A stretch of 64,000 nt of DNA from Polyangiales bacterium (GTDB lineage Bacteria > Myxococcota_A > Polyangia > Polyangiales > Ga0077539), in assembly GCA_044229975.1 (NCBI GenBank), contig JBGARZ010000002.1, positions 480,001-544,000 of the forward strand, written 5' to 3'. Positions 1 through 11,844 of the stretch are shown piece by piece. Position 1 is the stretch's first letter. Each line of letters begins with the position of its first letter. The position numbers and the translations under genes are program-made. The notes beneath the pieces are model-generated. The model searched no databases, had not been told where the DNA came from, and was given only the letters and a program-made list of their open reading frames with translations.

Positions 1-3000
1 GAGGCGGATGCGGGCGTCCACGGCGGCCGACCAGTCCTCCGCCGCGTCGCTCAGGCGAACGAGCGCGCGCAGCGCGGCGACGTGGTCGGGGTCGAGGGCG
101 TTGACCGCGCGGAGGAAGGTTCGGGCGCGGTCGATGTCGCCCGCCTGCTCGGCCACGAGCGCCCCGCGAACGTAGATCGTCACCGCATCGGCAGGCGGCA
201 GCGCGTCGGCGCGGGCGGAGAGGAAGCCCGCGATGAGCTCCAGCTCCAGCTCGGGCTGCGGCGCCGTCGCGAGGAGACCGGAGGCCACGCCGAAGGCTGC
301 CTCGTGCCCGGGGTCGCGACGCAGTGCTTCGACGGCGACAGCGAGCGCGCGCTGGGGGTTCTTCGCGACGTCACGCCAGAGGGTCGCGGCGTTGGCGAGC
401 GCGTCCGCGGCGAGGCCCACGTTGTGGAGGCTGAGCGCGGCGGCCTCGGTGAAGGCGACCGACGACTGCGCCTCGCCACGGGCGCTCGCGATGCGCGCTG
501 CCCCCAGGAGCGTGGCCACGTTGGGGGCCGCCTCGGTCGCGGACGCGTAGGCGTCGGCCGCGCGGGTGAGCTCGCCCGTGGCCTCAGCCGCGAGGGCCAC
601 GCGAAGCCAGTGGGCCGATCGCTCGGCCGGGTCGGGCGCGTTGGCCGCGAGGGCGCGCGCCACACGCTCGACCGTCGGCCAGGTGCGCTCGGTGCGGACG
701 TCGGTGTCGAGCGCCAGCAACAGGCGACGGTCGTGCAGCCCGCGGTCGAAGGTCTCCCAGCGCAACAGACCCGCCGCGGCGCGGGCGTCGTCCCCTGCCC
801 GATCGGCCACCCGACCCGCCGCGTGTACCAGTGGCAGCGCGTCGGAGCCGTCGCGAACGCCGCTCGCAATCTGACGCAACACGAGGAAGAGCTCGTCCCA
901 GCGCTCACGCTCGGCGTAGTGGCGCTCCAGCGCGCGCAGCCCCTCGGCGTGGGTGGGGTCGACCTCCAAGATCGCCGCGTACGACAGCACCGCCGACGCG
1001 AGGTCGCCGCGCTCGAAGAGGTCGATGCGCGCGAGGCGCTCGAAGACCTCCACCTGCTCGCGCGGTTCGCTCACCGTCTTGAGCTGCTCGAAGGCCCGCT
1101 CGGACACCTCGACGTCGCGACCCGACGCCAGCAGGAGCGCCTGCTCGGCCGCCGCCAGCAGCGGGTCGGCCGGCGCGAGGGCGCGCGTTCGTGCGAGCAC
1201 CTGGAGGGCGTCGCTGCGTCGATCGGAGAACTCCAGCATCTCCGCCGCGAGCTCACCCAGCGCGACGGCCAGCGGGCCCGCGTCGCGCGTCTCGGCCGCG
1301 CGCTCGAACAGCGAACGCACCACCGTCGAGGCGTGCGACCCCTCGTGGCCCGGCGTTCGGAGCACCAGCGTAGCCAGGCACGCGTCACCGCGCGCTACGG
1401 ACCAACGGTCCCAGAGGCTCTGCGCCGCGAGCTCGGGGTCGAGGTCGGACCGGCGAAGCGCGCTGCGGATGGCCGCCGACTGCACGATGGCGGGGTCGCC
1501 CTGCGCCTCGGCGAGCACCGCCGCCACCTCACCCATGGAGGCGAGGCCCCGCAAGCCAAGCTGCGCGGCGAGCTCGGCCACCACGATGTCGCCCGGCAGG
1601 AGCCGACGGAGCTCGGGCAGGTCGACGTCCTCCGCGTCGGTCGCCGTCGCCGCCGCCAGCAGCAGGAGCGAGGCCGCGCGCCGCGGGTCTTCGGCGCCCA
1701 CCGCCTCGACGTGGAGCGCCGAGGCGAGCGAGGCATGGTCGGCGAGAGAGATCAGGGCGCGCGCCGCGAAGGCCGCCACCGCGCGATCGTCGGAGCCGTG
1801 GAGCAGCGTCGCGAAGGAGGCGCTGGCGTCACCGTGGGTCCGCCGCGCCGACTCGGCGCGCACGAGGCGCGACCACTCGGTCTCGCCCACCGCCATGTCG
1901 TCGAGCGTCACCTCGCCGTCCGAGGAGGCGCGCAACGCCAGCGCCAGCGCACCGCCCGAACCGTCGGTCGAGAAGGCCATCGCCTCGGACGGGTCGACCG
2001 CTCCGCCGCGCGCGAGCAGGCCAGCCTCGACCTCGGAGCGCCGAGAAGAGAAGAGAGCGCCCGCCGCGTAGGCCAGGGGGCCCTCACGCCGCTGCTGCAC
2101 CGCCTTGAGGAGCCGACGCACCGCCGCGCCGTCGTCGACCACGCTGTCGGGCGCGCCGGGCCGCTCGGAGACGGAGCCCGTCGTGGACTCCGGCGCGTCG
2201 ATGCGAGCGAGCTCCCTCGCGTGGGCGATGAGTCGACCGGAGACCCCCGACGCGACGAAGGATGTACTCGCGACGGCCTCGCCCACGAGCGATGCCAGGG
2301 ACTGCGCGAGCGCCGCCGACGACGGCGCGACGTCGCCGCGCTCGGACAGCCGACCGATGCCCGCGAAGGCATCGAGCAACCATCGGGACGATCCGCGCGC
2401 GGTCGCGAGGCGCGCGAGGGTGAGCCAGGCGCCGAGGTCCGTCGGGTCGGCCGCCGTCGCCGCGCGCACCGCCTCCAGCGAGGCGTCGGCGTCGTGGCCC
2501 TCGGACATGCGCGCGCGCGCCACCCGGATGCTGCCTGCGATCGCACCGCCCGCGTGTCTGGCCCACGCGTCGAGGGCTTCTTCGATCGCGCCGGGATCGC
2601 GACGAGCGCCGCCCTGGAGCAGGGCAGCGATCGCCGACTCCAGCGTCCCATCGGGCGACGCGAGCTCACGCCACGCCGTCTTCGCTCCCTCCGCCTCGTC
2701 GGCCTGACCCGTGAACGCGCGCAGCCAGCGAAGCACGTCCCGCTCGTCCGCCGAAGGGGACGACGCGATCTCCTCCGCCGTCAGTCGTGAGGCTTCGGAG
2801 GCCCGGCCCGACGCGAGCATCAACCGCCGCTGCACCCGCAGCGCCAGCGGAACCTCTGGCGCCAGCGCCCTCGCCCTCTCGGCGACCTGCTCCGCGCGGG
2901 CCGCCTCGCCGAGCGCACCGTCGAGGAGGTCGGCCGCGTGGGCGTACCACTCGGCCGCGTCGACGAAGCTCTCGGCCACCGCCGCCTCACCAATCAGCAG

Positions 3001-3822
3001 TTCGACCCGCGCACGAACCTCGGCCGCGGGCTCGACCGCGAACCCGGCGTCGAGGTCGACCTCATCGCGTCGCCGACTCGTCACGGCGGCCGCGAGCGCC
3101 GCCCCGCGGTCGAGGGCAACGGGAGCCGGAGCGTCGACCTCGACGTAGTCGTCATCGCCACCGAGGATGACGTCGGCTTCGTCAGCGTCGTCGTCCCCGC
3201 CCTCCAACACAACCTCGTCGTCGTCGTCGTCGCTGGCGGAAGGCGCCTCGACCTCGATCGCCAGATCGGGTTCGGGTTCGACCTCGACGGACAGCTCGGG
3301 CTCGACCGCGGGTTGGGGCGTCGGCTCGGGCAGAGGAGGCGGCGCGACGAACTCGAAATCACCGACGGCGGGCTCTGCCTCCAGCGCCGGCGCGGCCTCG
3401 CCGGGAGGCGCTTCGTCGAGCGCACCAAAGAGGCCGTCGATCTCGTCGTCGCCCAAGGCCAGGTCGCCGAAGAGCGAGTGGCGATCGCCCGTGGCGGGTG
3501 ACGCGAAGAGGTCCAAGGGCGCGGCGGAGGACGAGGAGGGGTCGGCGAAGGGATCGACGAAGGGCGCAGGCGCTTCTTGCGCGACGGTGCGCTCCTCGAC
3601 GAACACGGGCGCCTCGGCGGGCGACGCCGCAGGCGGGGGTGGATCGCTCAGCGAAAGATCGAAGGTGTCGCCCAGCGAGAAGGTCGCGTCGTCGACCTCG
3701 ATGGCCGGCTCGACGGGGGCTACTGGCAGGGGTGTCGGCGTCCGCGCTCCCCCGGCCCTCGGAACCGCTCCCGCCCGCGGTACGCGCGGCCCCTTCACGC
3801 TGCTCTCGTCGCGGTCAGACAT
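1..3822 (-). CDS. Giant TPR-repeat protein with an acidic, Pro-rich N-terminal region (partial, runs off the left edge)
   Basis: Absent from the ORF track because no stop lies in the window. The ATG at 3822 overlaps the upstream stop (ATGTCTGA). It starts MSDRDESSVKGPRVP with an acidic tract (SDDDDDEVVLEGGDDDADEAD). The same frame at the left edge reads TPR-like ...RARTFLRAVNALDPDHVAALRALVRLSDAAEDW. Confidence 0.85.
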   Translation of the reverse strand, partial: MSDRDESSVKGPRVPRAGAVPRAGGARTPTPLPVAPVEPAIEVDDATFSLGDTFDLSLSDPPPPAASPAEAPVFVEERTVAQEAPAPFVDPFADPSSSSAAPLDLFASPATGDRHSLFGDLALGDDEIDGLFGALDEAPPGEAAPALEAEPAVGDFEFVAPPPLPEPTPQPAVEPELSVEVEPEPDLAIEVEAPSASDDDDDEVVLEGGDDDADEADVILGGDDDYVEVDAPAPVALDRGAALAAAVTSRRRDEVDLDAGFAVEPAAEVRARVELLIGEAAVAESFVDAAEWYAHAADLLDGALGEAARAEQVAERARALAPEVPLALRVQRRLMLASGRASEASRLTAEEIASSPSADERDVLRWLRAFTGQADEAEGAKTAWRELASPDGTLESAIAALLQGGARRDPGAIEEALDAWARHAGGAIAGSIRVARARMSEGHDADASLEAVRAATAADPTDLGAWLTLARLATARGSSRWLLDAFAGIGRLSERGDVAPSSAALAQSLASLVGEAVASTSFVASGVSGRLIAHARELARIDAPESTTGSVSERPGAPDSVVDDGAAVRRLLKAVQQRREGPLAYAAGALFSSRRSEVEAGLLARGGAVDPSEAMAFSTDGSGGALALALRASSDGEVTLDDMAVGETEWSRLVRAESARRTHGDASASFATLLHGSDDRAVAAFAARALISLADHASLASALHVEAVGAEDPRRAASLLLLAAATATDAEDVDLPELRRLLPGDIVVAELAAQLGLRGLASMGEVAAVLAEAQGDPAIVQSAAIRSALRRSDLDPELAAQSLWDRWSVARGDACLATLVLRTPGHEGSHASTVVRSLFERAAETRDAGPLAVALGELAAEMLEFSDRRSDALQVLARTRALAPADPLLAAAEQALLLASGRDVEVSERAFEQLKTVSEPREQVEVFERLARIDLFERGDLASAVLSYAAILEVDPTHAEGLRALERHYAERERWDELFLVLRQIASGVRDGSDALPLVHAAGRVADRAGDDARAAAGLLRWETFDRGLHDRRLLLALDTDVRTERTWPTVERVARALAANAPDPAERSAHWLRVALAAEATGELTRAADAYASATEAAPNVATLLGAARIASARGEAQSSVAFTEAAALSLHNVGLAADALANAATLWRDVAKNPQRALAVAVEALRRDPGHEAAFGVASGLLATAPQPELELELIAGFLSARADALPPADAVTIYVRGALVAEQAGDIDRARTFLRAVNALDPDHVAALRALVRLSDAAEDWSAAVDARIRL

Positions 3823-6800
3823 GGTCCGTCCCAAGGTCGATGGCCAGCGCCGCGGCTGCGTCGCTCACCGAAAACGCGATCAGGTCCATCACGGCGGGGC
3901 CACGCGCGGCGCCCGCGTCCTCGCGACGCGCATCGGTCATCGCGGCCGCCACCGCCCCGCTCACGGCGAGCGCGCCGCGCCGCGCCGTCGCCCGGATGCC
4001 CGCGCAGGCGCCGCGCAGGTCACGCAGCAGCTCCACCGACGGAAGGCTCTTGCCGTACTCCGCGACGGCCTTGCGAACCTTCCGCGACTGGAGCTTGCCC
4101 ACCGCCTTCACCATGGCGGCGTCTGCGGCCTCGGGCAGCTCCACGCCCGCCGCCATCAGCGACGCGATGAGGCGCAGCTCGCACTGCCGAACGTCGTCCG
4201 CGCTCCAGCCGCCGAGCGACCTCGTGGCGAGCAGCACCTCCTGCACGAGGCGATAGCGAGCCGTGAGGTCACTGGCGAGGTCGACCCGCGGGCCCACCAC
4301 GATCGTCATCGTGTCGGCCGGGAGCGCCAACACCCGATCGTCGCCACCGCCGACGTAGAGCTCGAACTCCGTCACCCCGCACGCCGCTGCGAAGGGCGCG
4401 ACCGCGGCGTAGGCGGGCGTCCCGGCGCGGGCGCGCTCGTTGCGACCGAGGCGTAGTGCGTCGAGGGTCAAGCCTCGCAGCGGGAGGAGCTCGGGCTCGA
4501 CCATCTCCACGATCTCCACCGCGCGACCGCGGTCGGCGGCGCTTCGCACCCGGAGCTGCTTGGCCGGCTCACGCAGGCTGCCCTTCGTCGGAACCGATGG
4601 TGCCGCAGCCGCGATCGAAGCCCCGGCCCACGACGCGAGTCGGTCGGCCGAGCGGGAGAGCGCGCCGTCCCCAACCAGAAGCGCCGCCGCCGAGAGGTCG
4701 ACCGCCACGGCGGCGAGATCCGTCGCGCCCGCGAGGCCGCCGCGGAGCGCCTCGATGGTCGCGCGTCCCAGCGGCGTCACCTGACCGGGCGCGCCGTACG
4801 CCGCCGCCGCACGGAGCACGTCCACCGACCCGACGTAGCGTTCGTGGGCGAGCGAGGCGGCCTTCCACGCCGCGACGCGATCACGCGCGCCCTCACCATG
4901 GATCGCGACCACGCGCAGGTGCGCCTCGATGCGCTCCGCGTCGGTCGTGGCGAGCCGAAGCGAGGCGTCCGCGAAGCGCAGCGACGCGGGGAAATCGCCA
5001 GCGCCGCGCGCGGTGTCGACCCCCCGCAGTGCGAGGGCCGCGTCGAGCCAGCCGAACTCGTCCATCTTCGTCAGGATGGCGAGCGCTCCGGCCGCATCAC
5101 CCAGCCGCGTGTGCACGATTTCCAGCGCGCCCAGCAGCGCCGCGCGACGCTGGCCCTCCGGCGCCGAGGGCGCCGACCCGAGGGCTACCAACGCTTCGGC
5201 CGCCGCGCTCAAGCGACCCGAGGTCGCGTGGATCTCCGCCATCAGCGCGAGCGCCGCGACGTGGTGCGGTTCGATCGCCACCACCGCCCCGGCGCTCTCC
5301 AGGGCGCCCTCCCTCTGGCCCAGCGCTCGGCGCAGACGGGCCTGCTCCCACAGCAGCGCCGCTCGCGTCGACGGGTCGGACTCGGCCGGGAGGCGTCGCG
5401 ACACGAGCGACTCCAGACCCGACACGTCCTTGCGCGCCTCCAACTGCCGCCGAAGGAGCTGATACGACGCCGAGCGCCCAGGCGATCGCTGGAGCGCCTC
5501 GCGCAACGCCCGCTCGCCCCGGGGCGCCTGCTGGAGCCGTTCGAGCGCGACCACGCCCGCCTCTTCCCAGAAGCGGGCCGCGCGCTCGACGTCACGCACC
5601 ACGCGACCGAGCACCTCACACGCCTCGACGACGCCCTCCCAGCGACCAAGCCGCCGCGACGCCACGCGCTGCACGTCGCGGGCGAGCACGTCGTTGGGCC
5701 GCGCCGCCAGCACCGCTTCAGCCTCCGCCAGCGCCGACGATGGATCGCCGCCCACCGAGTGCCAGTTCGCCGCCGCCGCCCGCCACGCCCGCTGCGCGTC
5801 ACCGCCCGCGAGCCGCGCCCGCTCGGACAGCGCCCGCGCGAACACCCCCGCGCCCTCGACCCCGCCCGGCGGCAGCTCGCTTCGCACCAGCGCGGAGGCC
5901 ACCTGCCCCGGGATGACGTCGGCCAGCGCCCTCGCCTCCCGCGCCCGACCGCGGGCCCACAAGCCCACCAGCGCGAGCGATCGCAGGCGCTCCCGCGCGT
6001 CGCCCTCTTCGAGGTCGGCGATGCGGAGGAGCGCCGAGGGGACGAGCTCGAAGGTTCCTCGCTGGACGGCGTCGAGCAGGCTGAGCAGGCGGGTCGAACC
6101 TGCCGCCGGACCATCGGTCTCGATGAGCTCACGCGCCGCCGCGGCCTCGTCGAGCGTCGCGGCCGAACCGCCCAGCACCCGGGCGAGTTCGAGCTCCAGA
6201 CCGGAGCGCAGCGGGTCGTCGGTGCCCACGATGGCCAGCATCGCGCGCAGCGCCTCGGCCGACGCCGCGCTGTCGGGACCCGACGCCGCGCCGCGCACCA
6301 CCAGCTCGACGAGCGTCGCCGCCACCGAGTCACGCCCGCCGCGCGCCGCGAGCCGGTCGACGGACGCGTCGGCCGAGAGCGGGTCGCGGTCGACGAAGAG
6401 GCGCAGCAGCACCTCCTCCACCCGCAGCGCCACCAGGTCGTCGTCGCCCTCGGTGGGCAGCTCGTCGCGCTCGAGGATCGCCTGCCGCAGCTCCGGGTCG
6501 TCGAGCCAGGTCGAGGACCCGAACACCACCGCCTGCACCGCCCGATCAGCCGGCGCCCGCTCGGCCGCCGCAGAGAGTGCCCGACGAGCGAGGTCGCGCG
6601 CACCGAGGCTCCGCAGCCACGCCGCGGCCAGCACCAGCCAGCGCACGCCGTCGACTTCATCGGCGTCGGCCGCGCGCTCGGCAGCCTCCAGCAGCAGAGC
6701 GCCCTCGCGCGACGAGGCGGTGAGGCGCAGCACGAGGGCCGTGAGGTACCGATCAGACGGATCGTTGCGGTGGGCCGCCAGCGCGAGCTCGCGAGCCCTC

Positions 6801-8623
6801 GACTCGTCGCCCGCCGCCCAGGCCCAGCGCGCCGCGAGCGACGCCCATGGTCCGCCGTTGCCATCCGCCAGCGACTCGGCCCAGCGCGAGGCGAAGCCCA
6901 TGGAGCCGACGGACGACCACAGCAGCGCCGCGACCTCCTTCGTCCACGGCGCGTCGCCCGTCGCCTCGACGAGCTGCTCGGCGGTGATGGCCGCGGCCTT
7001 GGCGTCCTGCAGGTCGACGAGCTCGTCGAAGAGGCGCTCCATCAACAGCGCCGCGCGCTCGTCGGCGTCGGTCACGTGAGGCAGCAGGGAGTCTACCGCG
7101 GCGACCCGCTCGCGCGTCAGGTCTCGCGCGTCGGCGAACCCCACCGCCAGGTCTCGACGGCGCAGCAAGAACAACTGCACCCGCCGACCGACCACGTCGC
7201 CCGGCAGGATCTCCAGCGCCTCCCGGATGCGCCGCAGCGCCTCGCGCCCGTCGCGTCGCAGGAGCAACACCACGAGCGCGCCCGCCCGCCACATCGCCGC
7301 GCGGTCGGCCGGATCTGCGGCCTGCGCCCCGAGGCGGTCGAGCTGCGAGAGCAGCGTCTCCAGGTCACCGGACACCGACGACTGCTCGATGAGCGCCGCG
7401 CGCACCGCACCGCTCGCCGGATCGCCGCGCAGCGCCGCCCGCAGCGCCTCGCCCGCGTCGGCTCCGCGGCCCTCCATCGCCGCGCGTTCGGCGCAGCGGA
7501 AGTGCAGCGACGCCCGCATGGAGTCGTCGCCGTAGCCCTGCGCCAGCAGCCACTCGGCGTGGCGCGCCGACTCTTCGATGTCGCCCGCGAGGTCCGCCAG
7601 GATCATCGAACCGAGCCGCGATCGGAGGTCGTCGCCGAGCGCGATGACCTGCTCGATGCGACGCGGCACCGACGCAAGCTCCGGGGCGAAGGAGAGGTGG
7701 ACCCGCGCCGCCGAGAGGTGCAGCCCGACCGCGAGTCGGCGCGCGAGCTCGGGGTCGCCCAGCTCCTGCGACGAGGCGCCGACCTGGGCGCTGGCGATGC
7801 GCCCGATGGACACCGCGGCGGCGATGGAAGCGCGCGCATCCATCGCGGCGGAGGCCGTGTCGAGGCGACCGAGGCGCAGCGCCATGCGCTCCACGCCGAT
7901 GAGCGCCCGCCATCGCACCGAGGCGATGGTCGAGGCCTCCTGGAGGCACCGCATCGCGTCGATGAGCGCCTCCGGGGTGGCCTTGGAGGTGTGCAGCTCG
8001 ACGAGCTCGAAGAGCAGCGCCGCGCGACGGGACGGGTCGTTGGTGAGCCGGGCGAGGTGCGTCAGCGCCGTTGTGCGCAGGACGGCGTCGCCGCGCACGA
8101 GGGCCACGCGATCGAGGTTGGCCCACCCGAGCGCGTGCGTGGGGTCGGCGGCGACGGCGGACTGGTACGACGCGACGGCGGCGTCCCGATCGCCGAGGGC
8201 GTCTTCGGAGAGCTCGCCGCGGAGGATGAGCGCGTCGGCCCGGTCGCGCGCCAGCACCGCCGAGCGCGCCTGCGCATCGAGGAGCTTGCCGAGGTTGGCG
8301 AAGCTGGAGCGGCGACGGTAGAGCCGGATGAGCGCGTCGAGCGGCGGCCGCAGGGCCGCGCGGGCGTTGTAGGCCGCGAGGTAGCTGCGCGCCGCGGCGG
8401 GCTGATCGCCCAGCATCGACTCTTCGAACTCGGCCACGGCGTGGAGGAGCGCGGCGCGGTCATCGCGCTCGGGCGTCGCCTCGGCCTCGGCGCGCAGCAC
8501 GCGCAGCACCTCGGCCCACGCGGTCGCCGTCGCAGGCTCCACCGGGAACGGCAACCGCTCCGGCGGTGGCTGCGAACGCGTCGCCGTACTCTCCACACCC
8601 TCGGCCTTCAGATCAGACGACAT
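3815..8623 (-). CDS. Giant TPR-repeat protein (1602 aa)
   Basis: Long Ala/Leu/Arg-rich helical ORF with repeated TPR-like segments (AVASYQSAVAADPTHALGW; ALESAGAVVAIEPHHVAALALMAEIH). Confidence 0.85.
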   Translation of the reverse strand: MSSDLKAEGVESTATRSQPPPERLPFPVEPATATAWAEVLRVLRAEAEATPERDDRAALLHAVAEFEESMLGDQPAAARSYLAAYNARAALRPPLDALIRLYRRRSSFANLGKLLDAQARSAVLARDRADALILRGELSEDALGDRDAAVASYQSAVAADPTHALGWANLDRVALVRGDAVLRTTALTHLARLTNDPSRRAALLFELVELHTSKATPEALIDAMRCLQEASTIASVRWRALIGVERMALRLGRLDTASAAMDARASIAAAVSIGRIASAQVGASSQELGDPELARRLAVGLHLSAARVHLSFAPELASVPRRIEQVIALGDDLRSRLGSMILADLAGDIEESARHAEWLLAQGYGDDSMRASLHFRCAERAAMEGRGADAGEALRAALRGDPASGAVRAALIEQSSVSGDLETLLSQLDRLGAQAADPADRAAMWRAGALVVLLLRRDGREALRRIREALEILPGDVVGRRVQLFLLRRRDLAVGFADARDLTRERVAAVDSLLPHVTDADERAALLMERLFDELVDLQDAKAAAITAEQLVEATGDAPWTKEVAALLWSSVGSMGFASRWAESLADGNGGPWASLAARWAWAAGDESRARELALAAHRNDPSDRYLTALVLRLTASSREGALLLEAAERAADADEVDGVRWLVLAAAWLRSLGARDLARRALSAAAERAPADRAVQAVVFGSSTWLDDPELRQAILERDELPTEGDDDLVALRVEEVLLRLFVDRDPLSADASVDRLAARGGRDSVAATLVELVVRGAASGPDSAASAEALRAMLAIVGTDDPLRSGLELELARVLGGSAATLDEAAAARELIETDGPAAGSTRLLSLLDAVQRGTFELVPSALLRIADLEEGDARERLRSLALVGLWARGRAREARALADVIPGQVASALVRSELPPGGVEGAGVFARALSERARLAGGDAQRAWRAAAANWHSVGGDPSSALAEAEAVLAARPNDVLARDVQRVASRRLGRWEGVVEACEVLGRVVRDVERAARFWEEAGVVALERLQQAPRGERALREALQRSPGRSASYQLLRRQLEARKDVSGLESLVSRRLPAESDPSTRAALLWEQARLRRALGQREGALESAGAVVAIEPHHVAALALMAEIHATSGRLSAAAEALVALGSAPSAPEGQRRAALLGALEIVHTRLGDAAGALAILTKMDEFGWLDAALALRGVDTARGAGDFPASLRFADASLRLATTDAERIEAHLRVVAIHGEGARDRVAAWKAASLAHERYVGSVDVLRAAAAYGAPGQVTPLGRATIEALRGGLAGATDLAAVAVDLSAAALLVGDGALSRSADRLASWAGASIAAAAPSVPTKGSLREPAKQLRVRSAADRGRAVEIVEMVEPELLPLRGLTLDALRLGRNERARAGTPAYAAVAPFAAACGVTEFELYVGGGDDRVLALPADTMTIVVGPRVDLASDLTARYRLVQEVLLATRSLGGWSADDVRQCELRLIASLMAAGVELPEAADAAMVKAVGKLQSRKVRKAVAEYGKSLPSVELLRDLRGACAGIRATARRGALAVSGAVAAAMTDARREDAGAARGPAVMDLIAFSVSDAAAALAIDLGTDHV

Positions 8624-8685
8624 CCGCGGTGGGCCGGGATACTAGTCCCACGCCCTCCGCGACGGCTACAAACCTGTCACGACCG

Positions 8686-10083
8686 TCACGAGTTCGCGGA
8701 CATCGGGGGGATCACCGAGATCGCCCTCGCGCGCAGCAGCCCGACGAGCACGCGCCCCACCACCATCGGGCTCAGCTCCAGCTCGCGGGCGATTTCGCGC
8801 ACGCTCCGCTCGCCGTCCACCGCCGCGAGCACCCGCCGCGCGTCCACGTCGTGGGCCACCGCCACGCCCGACTCCCGCAGCACCACGGCGTGCTCCATCG
8901 GAACCATCGACTCGATGGTCTCCCACTCCGCCGCGCGGCGAGCGGCGTCCGCGAGACACTCGTCGAGGGCGACGCCGAGCGCCGCGTCGCCGACCGAGAG
9001 CGACTCGCCCGGCGCGAAGCGAAACCTTCCCCCGGTCCACCGTGACGCCTCGCCGAACAGTTCCAGCGTCTGCGCCCGGAGGGCCGCGCGCACCTGGTCG
9101 TCGGACACCCGGCGCGCGCTCACGAGGGCCCGCCCGAGCGGCACCCCTCGCGCCACACCCGACGCGATGAAGGCATCGAGCACCGTGCGCGGCAGCGCCC
9201 CTGCCCCGACGAGGTGACGCCCGAGGCGGTGCTCGACCCCCACGCCTGACCCCACCACCTGATCGACGAACCCGGGGCGCAGCGACATCTCCACCGAGGC
9301 GGCGCCGACGCGCGCCGAGAACTCCACGCGCAGCACCCCGCGCAGCCCCGCCGCCTCCACGAGCTGAACGATCTGCGCCAGCGACACCACCCCGAGCACG
9401 CCCTCGAAGCCAGCCGATCCGCGCAGGGACGGGTCGAGCGAGCGCGCCTCGCGGGCGATTTCCACCGCCGCGGCGAGGCTCACGTGATGGCGAAACGCCT
9501 GCGACAGCAGGTCGTCGTGGGCGTCGACCCCGGCCTCGACGATCTCTCGCACGACGGGCCCGACGTGCCGCACGAGCAGGTCGAGGAGCCGGTCGCGCGC
9601 GGCCTCCGGGCCTGTCACCCAGTGCGCCAGCTTCGTCGCCCGAACGCCCGCCGTCGAACCCGCGCCCGGGCGGTCGGTGCGTCCATGCGACGCCGCGGCG
9701 TTGAACTCCGCCGCCGCGCGATCGAGCGTCTCGCGCACGATGTCGAGCAGTCGCGCCGGGGTGAAGGGCTTGGCCAGCGTGGCGAGCGCGCCCGTCTGTT
9801 GACCGAAGCGCGTCCCGATGGCCTCGGCCCGCGCCGACATCAACACCAGCGGGAGGCTTTGACCACCGGGCGTTCCGCGCAGCGCCTGCGCGAACTGGTA
9901 GCCGTTGAGGCGCGGCATCACGAAGTCCACGAGGGCGAGGTCGAAGGCGCCGCGGTGGATGCGCTCCAGCCCATCGACACCATCGACGGCCGTCTCCACC
10001 GAGTAGCCGGCGCCGCGCAACACCGCCTCGACGAGGTGTCGCACCGTGGCGCTGTCTTCGACCACTAGGATCCGGGCGGTCAT
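8686..10083 (-). CDS. Response regulator: receiver + DUF4388 (PatA-N-like) + C-terminal HTH-like segment
   Basis: Receiver motifs are ILVVEDS, LALVDFVMP, LMSA and LAKPF. DUF4388-like segments are FEGVLGVVSLAQIVQLV...GVLRV and WTGGRFRF. The C-terminus reads VDGERSVREIARELELS. Confidence 0.85.
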   Translation of the reverse strand: MTARILVVEDSATVRHLVEAVLRGAGYSVETAVDGVDGLERIHRGAFDLALVDFVMPRLNGYQFAQALRGTPGGQSLPLVLMSARAEAIGTRFGQQTGALATLAKPFTPARLLDIVRETLDRAAAEFNAAASHGRTDRPGAGSTAGVRATKLAHWVTGPEAARDRLLDLLVRHVGPVVREIVEAGVDAHDDLLSQAFRHHVSLAAAVEIAREARSLDPSLRGSAGFEGVLGVVSLAQIVQLVEAAGLRGVLRVEFSARVGAASVEMSLRPGFVDQVVGSGVGVEHRLGRHLVGAGALPRTVLDAFIASGVARGVPLGRALVSARRVSDDQVRAALRAQTLELFGEASRWTGGRFRFAPGESLSVGDAALGVALDECLADAARRAAEWETIESMVPMEHAVVLRESGVAVAHDVDARRVLAAVDGERSVREIARELELSPMVVGRVLVGLLRARAISVIPPMSANS

Positions 10084-10212
10084 TCGGCGGCTCTGTTCGG
10101 GGCGGCGGAGGGATGGATGAGGGGGACGGCGAGCGATAACAACCGATGCGGCCGCCGCGGGTCAAGACAAGCCGTTGCCGCGCCGCGCGGAGGGCGACTA
10201 TCGTCTCGCGCC

Positions 10213-10794
10213 ATGACCACCACACCGACCCAACCGACCCGCGTCGTGATGGACGCACCCGCGATCGGGGAGGCGCTGGAGCGCATGGCGGGTGACATCG
10301 CCGCGCGCCACCCGGACAACGCTCCCGTAGCCCTCGTCGGGGTGCGCCGCGGAGGCATCCCCCTCGCGATCAGGTTGCAGGCGCTGCTCAAGGCGCGCGG
10401 TCGGGCGGCGGTGCAGGTCGGCACCGTGGACATCACCCTCTACCGCGACGACGCCGCGACGGCGCTGCCCAACCCGCAGATCGGGCGCAGCGAGATTCCC
10501 TTCGAGATCGAAGGGCTCGTGGTGATCCTCGTCGACGACGTGCTGTACACGGGGCGCACCACCCGCGCGGCCATCGACGCGGTGATGGACTACGGCCGTC
10601 CCCGCGCCATCGAGCTCGCCGTGCTCGTTGACCGTGGCCACCGCGAGCTGCCCATCCAGGCGGAGTACGTCGGGCTGCGGGTCGAGACCGCGCGCTCGCA
10701 GCGCGTGGAGGTGCGCGTCGACCCCTCGGACAGCCTCGCCGCAGTCGTCGAGGTGCTCGGCCCCGCCGAAAACACCCCCGGCGCGACGGGTTGA
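10213..10794 (+). CDS. pyrR: Bifunctional pyr operon regulator / uracil phosphoribosyltransferase
   Basis: Motifs [25 protein letters not shown] and [13 protein letters not shown]. Start placed at ATG 10213. Confidence 0.95.
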   Translation: MTTTPTQPTRVVMDAPAIGEALERMAGDIAARHPDNAPVALVGVRRGGIPLAIRLQALLKARGRAAVQVGTVDITLYRDDAATALPNPQIGRSEIPFEIEGLVVILVDDVLYTGRTTRAAIDAVMDYGRPRAIELAVLVDRGHRELPIQAEYVGLRVETARSQRVEVRVDPSDSLAAVVEVLGPAENTPGATG

Positions 10795-10813
10795 GCATAT
10801 CCTCCGCGCCGCG

Positions 10814-11752
<939 letters not shown>

Positions 11753-11844
11753 CGCGCCACCGCCCCTACGCGGGCGCGTACCCCGCGCACCACATCGGGC
11801 CTCGCTTGCTGGACCCCATACGCCCTGTGTAGATACGCGTCGCC

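Noticed and set aside
82..2790. 902-aa plus-strand ORF, and similar long ORFs such as 4844-9217, 28505-30814 and 58339-62271
   Set aside because: These are antisense shadows of real minus-strand genes, expected in very high-GC DNA. They are Arg/Gly/His-rich and have no motifs.
10084..10212. Possible PyrR-binding attenuator upstream of pyrR
   Set aside because: No ARUCC-NGNGAGGYU-like loop and no terminator with a U tract in the 129-bp divergent gap.
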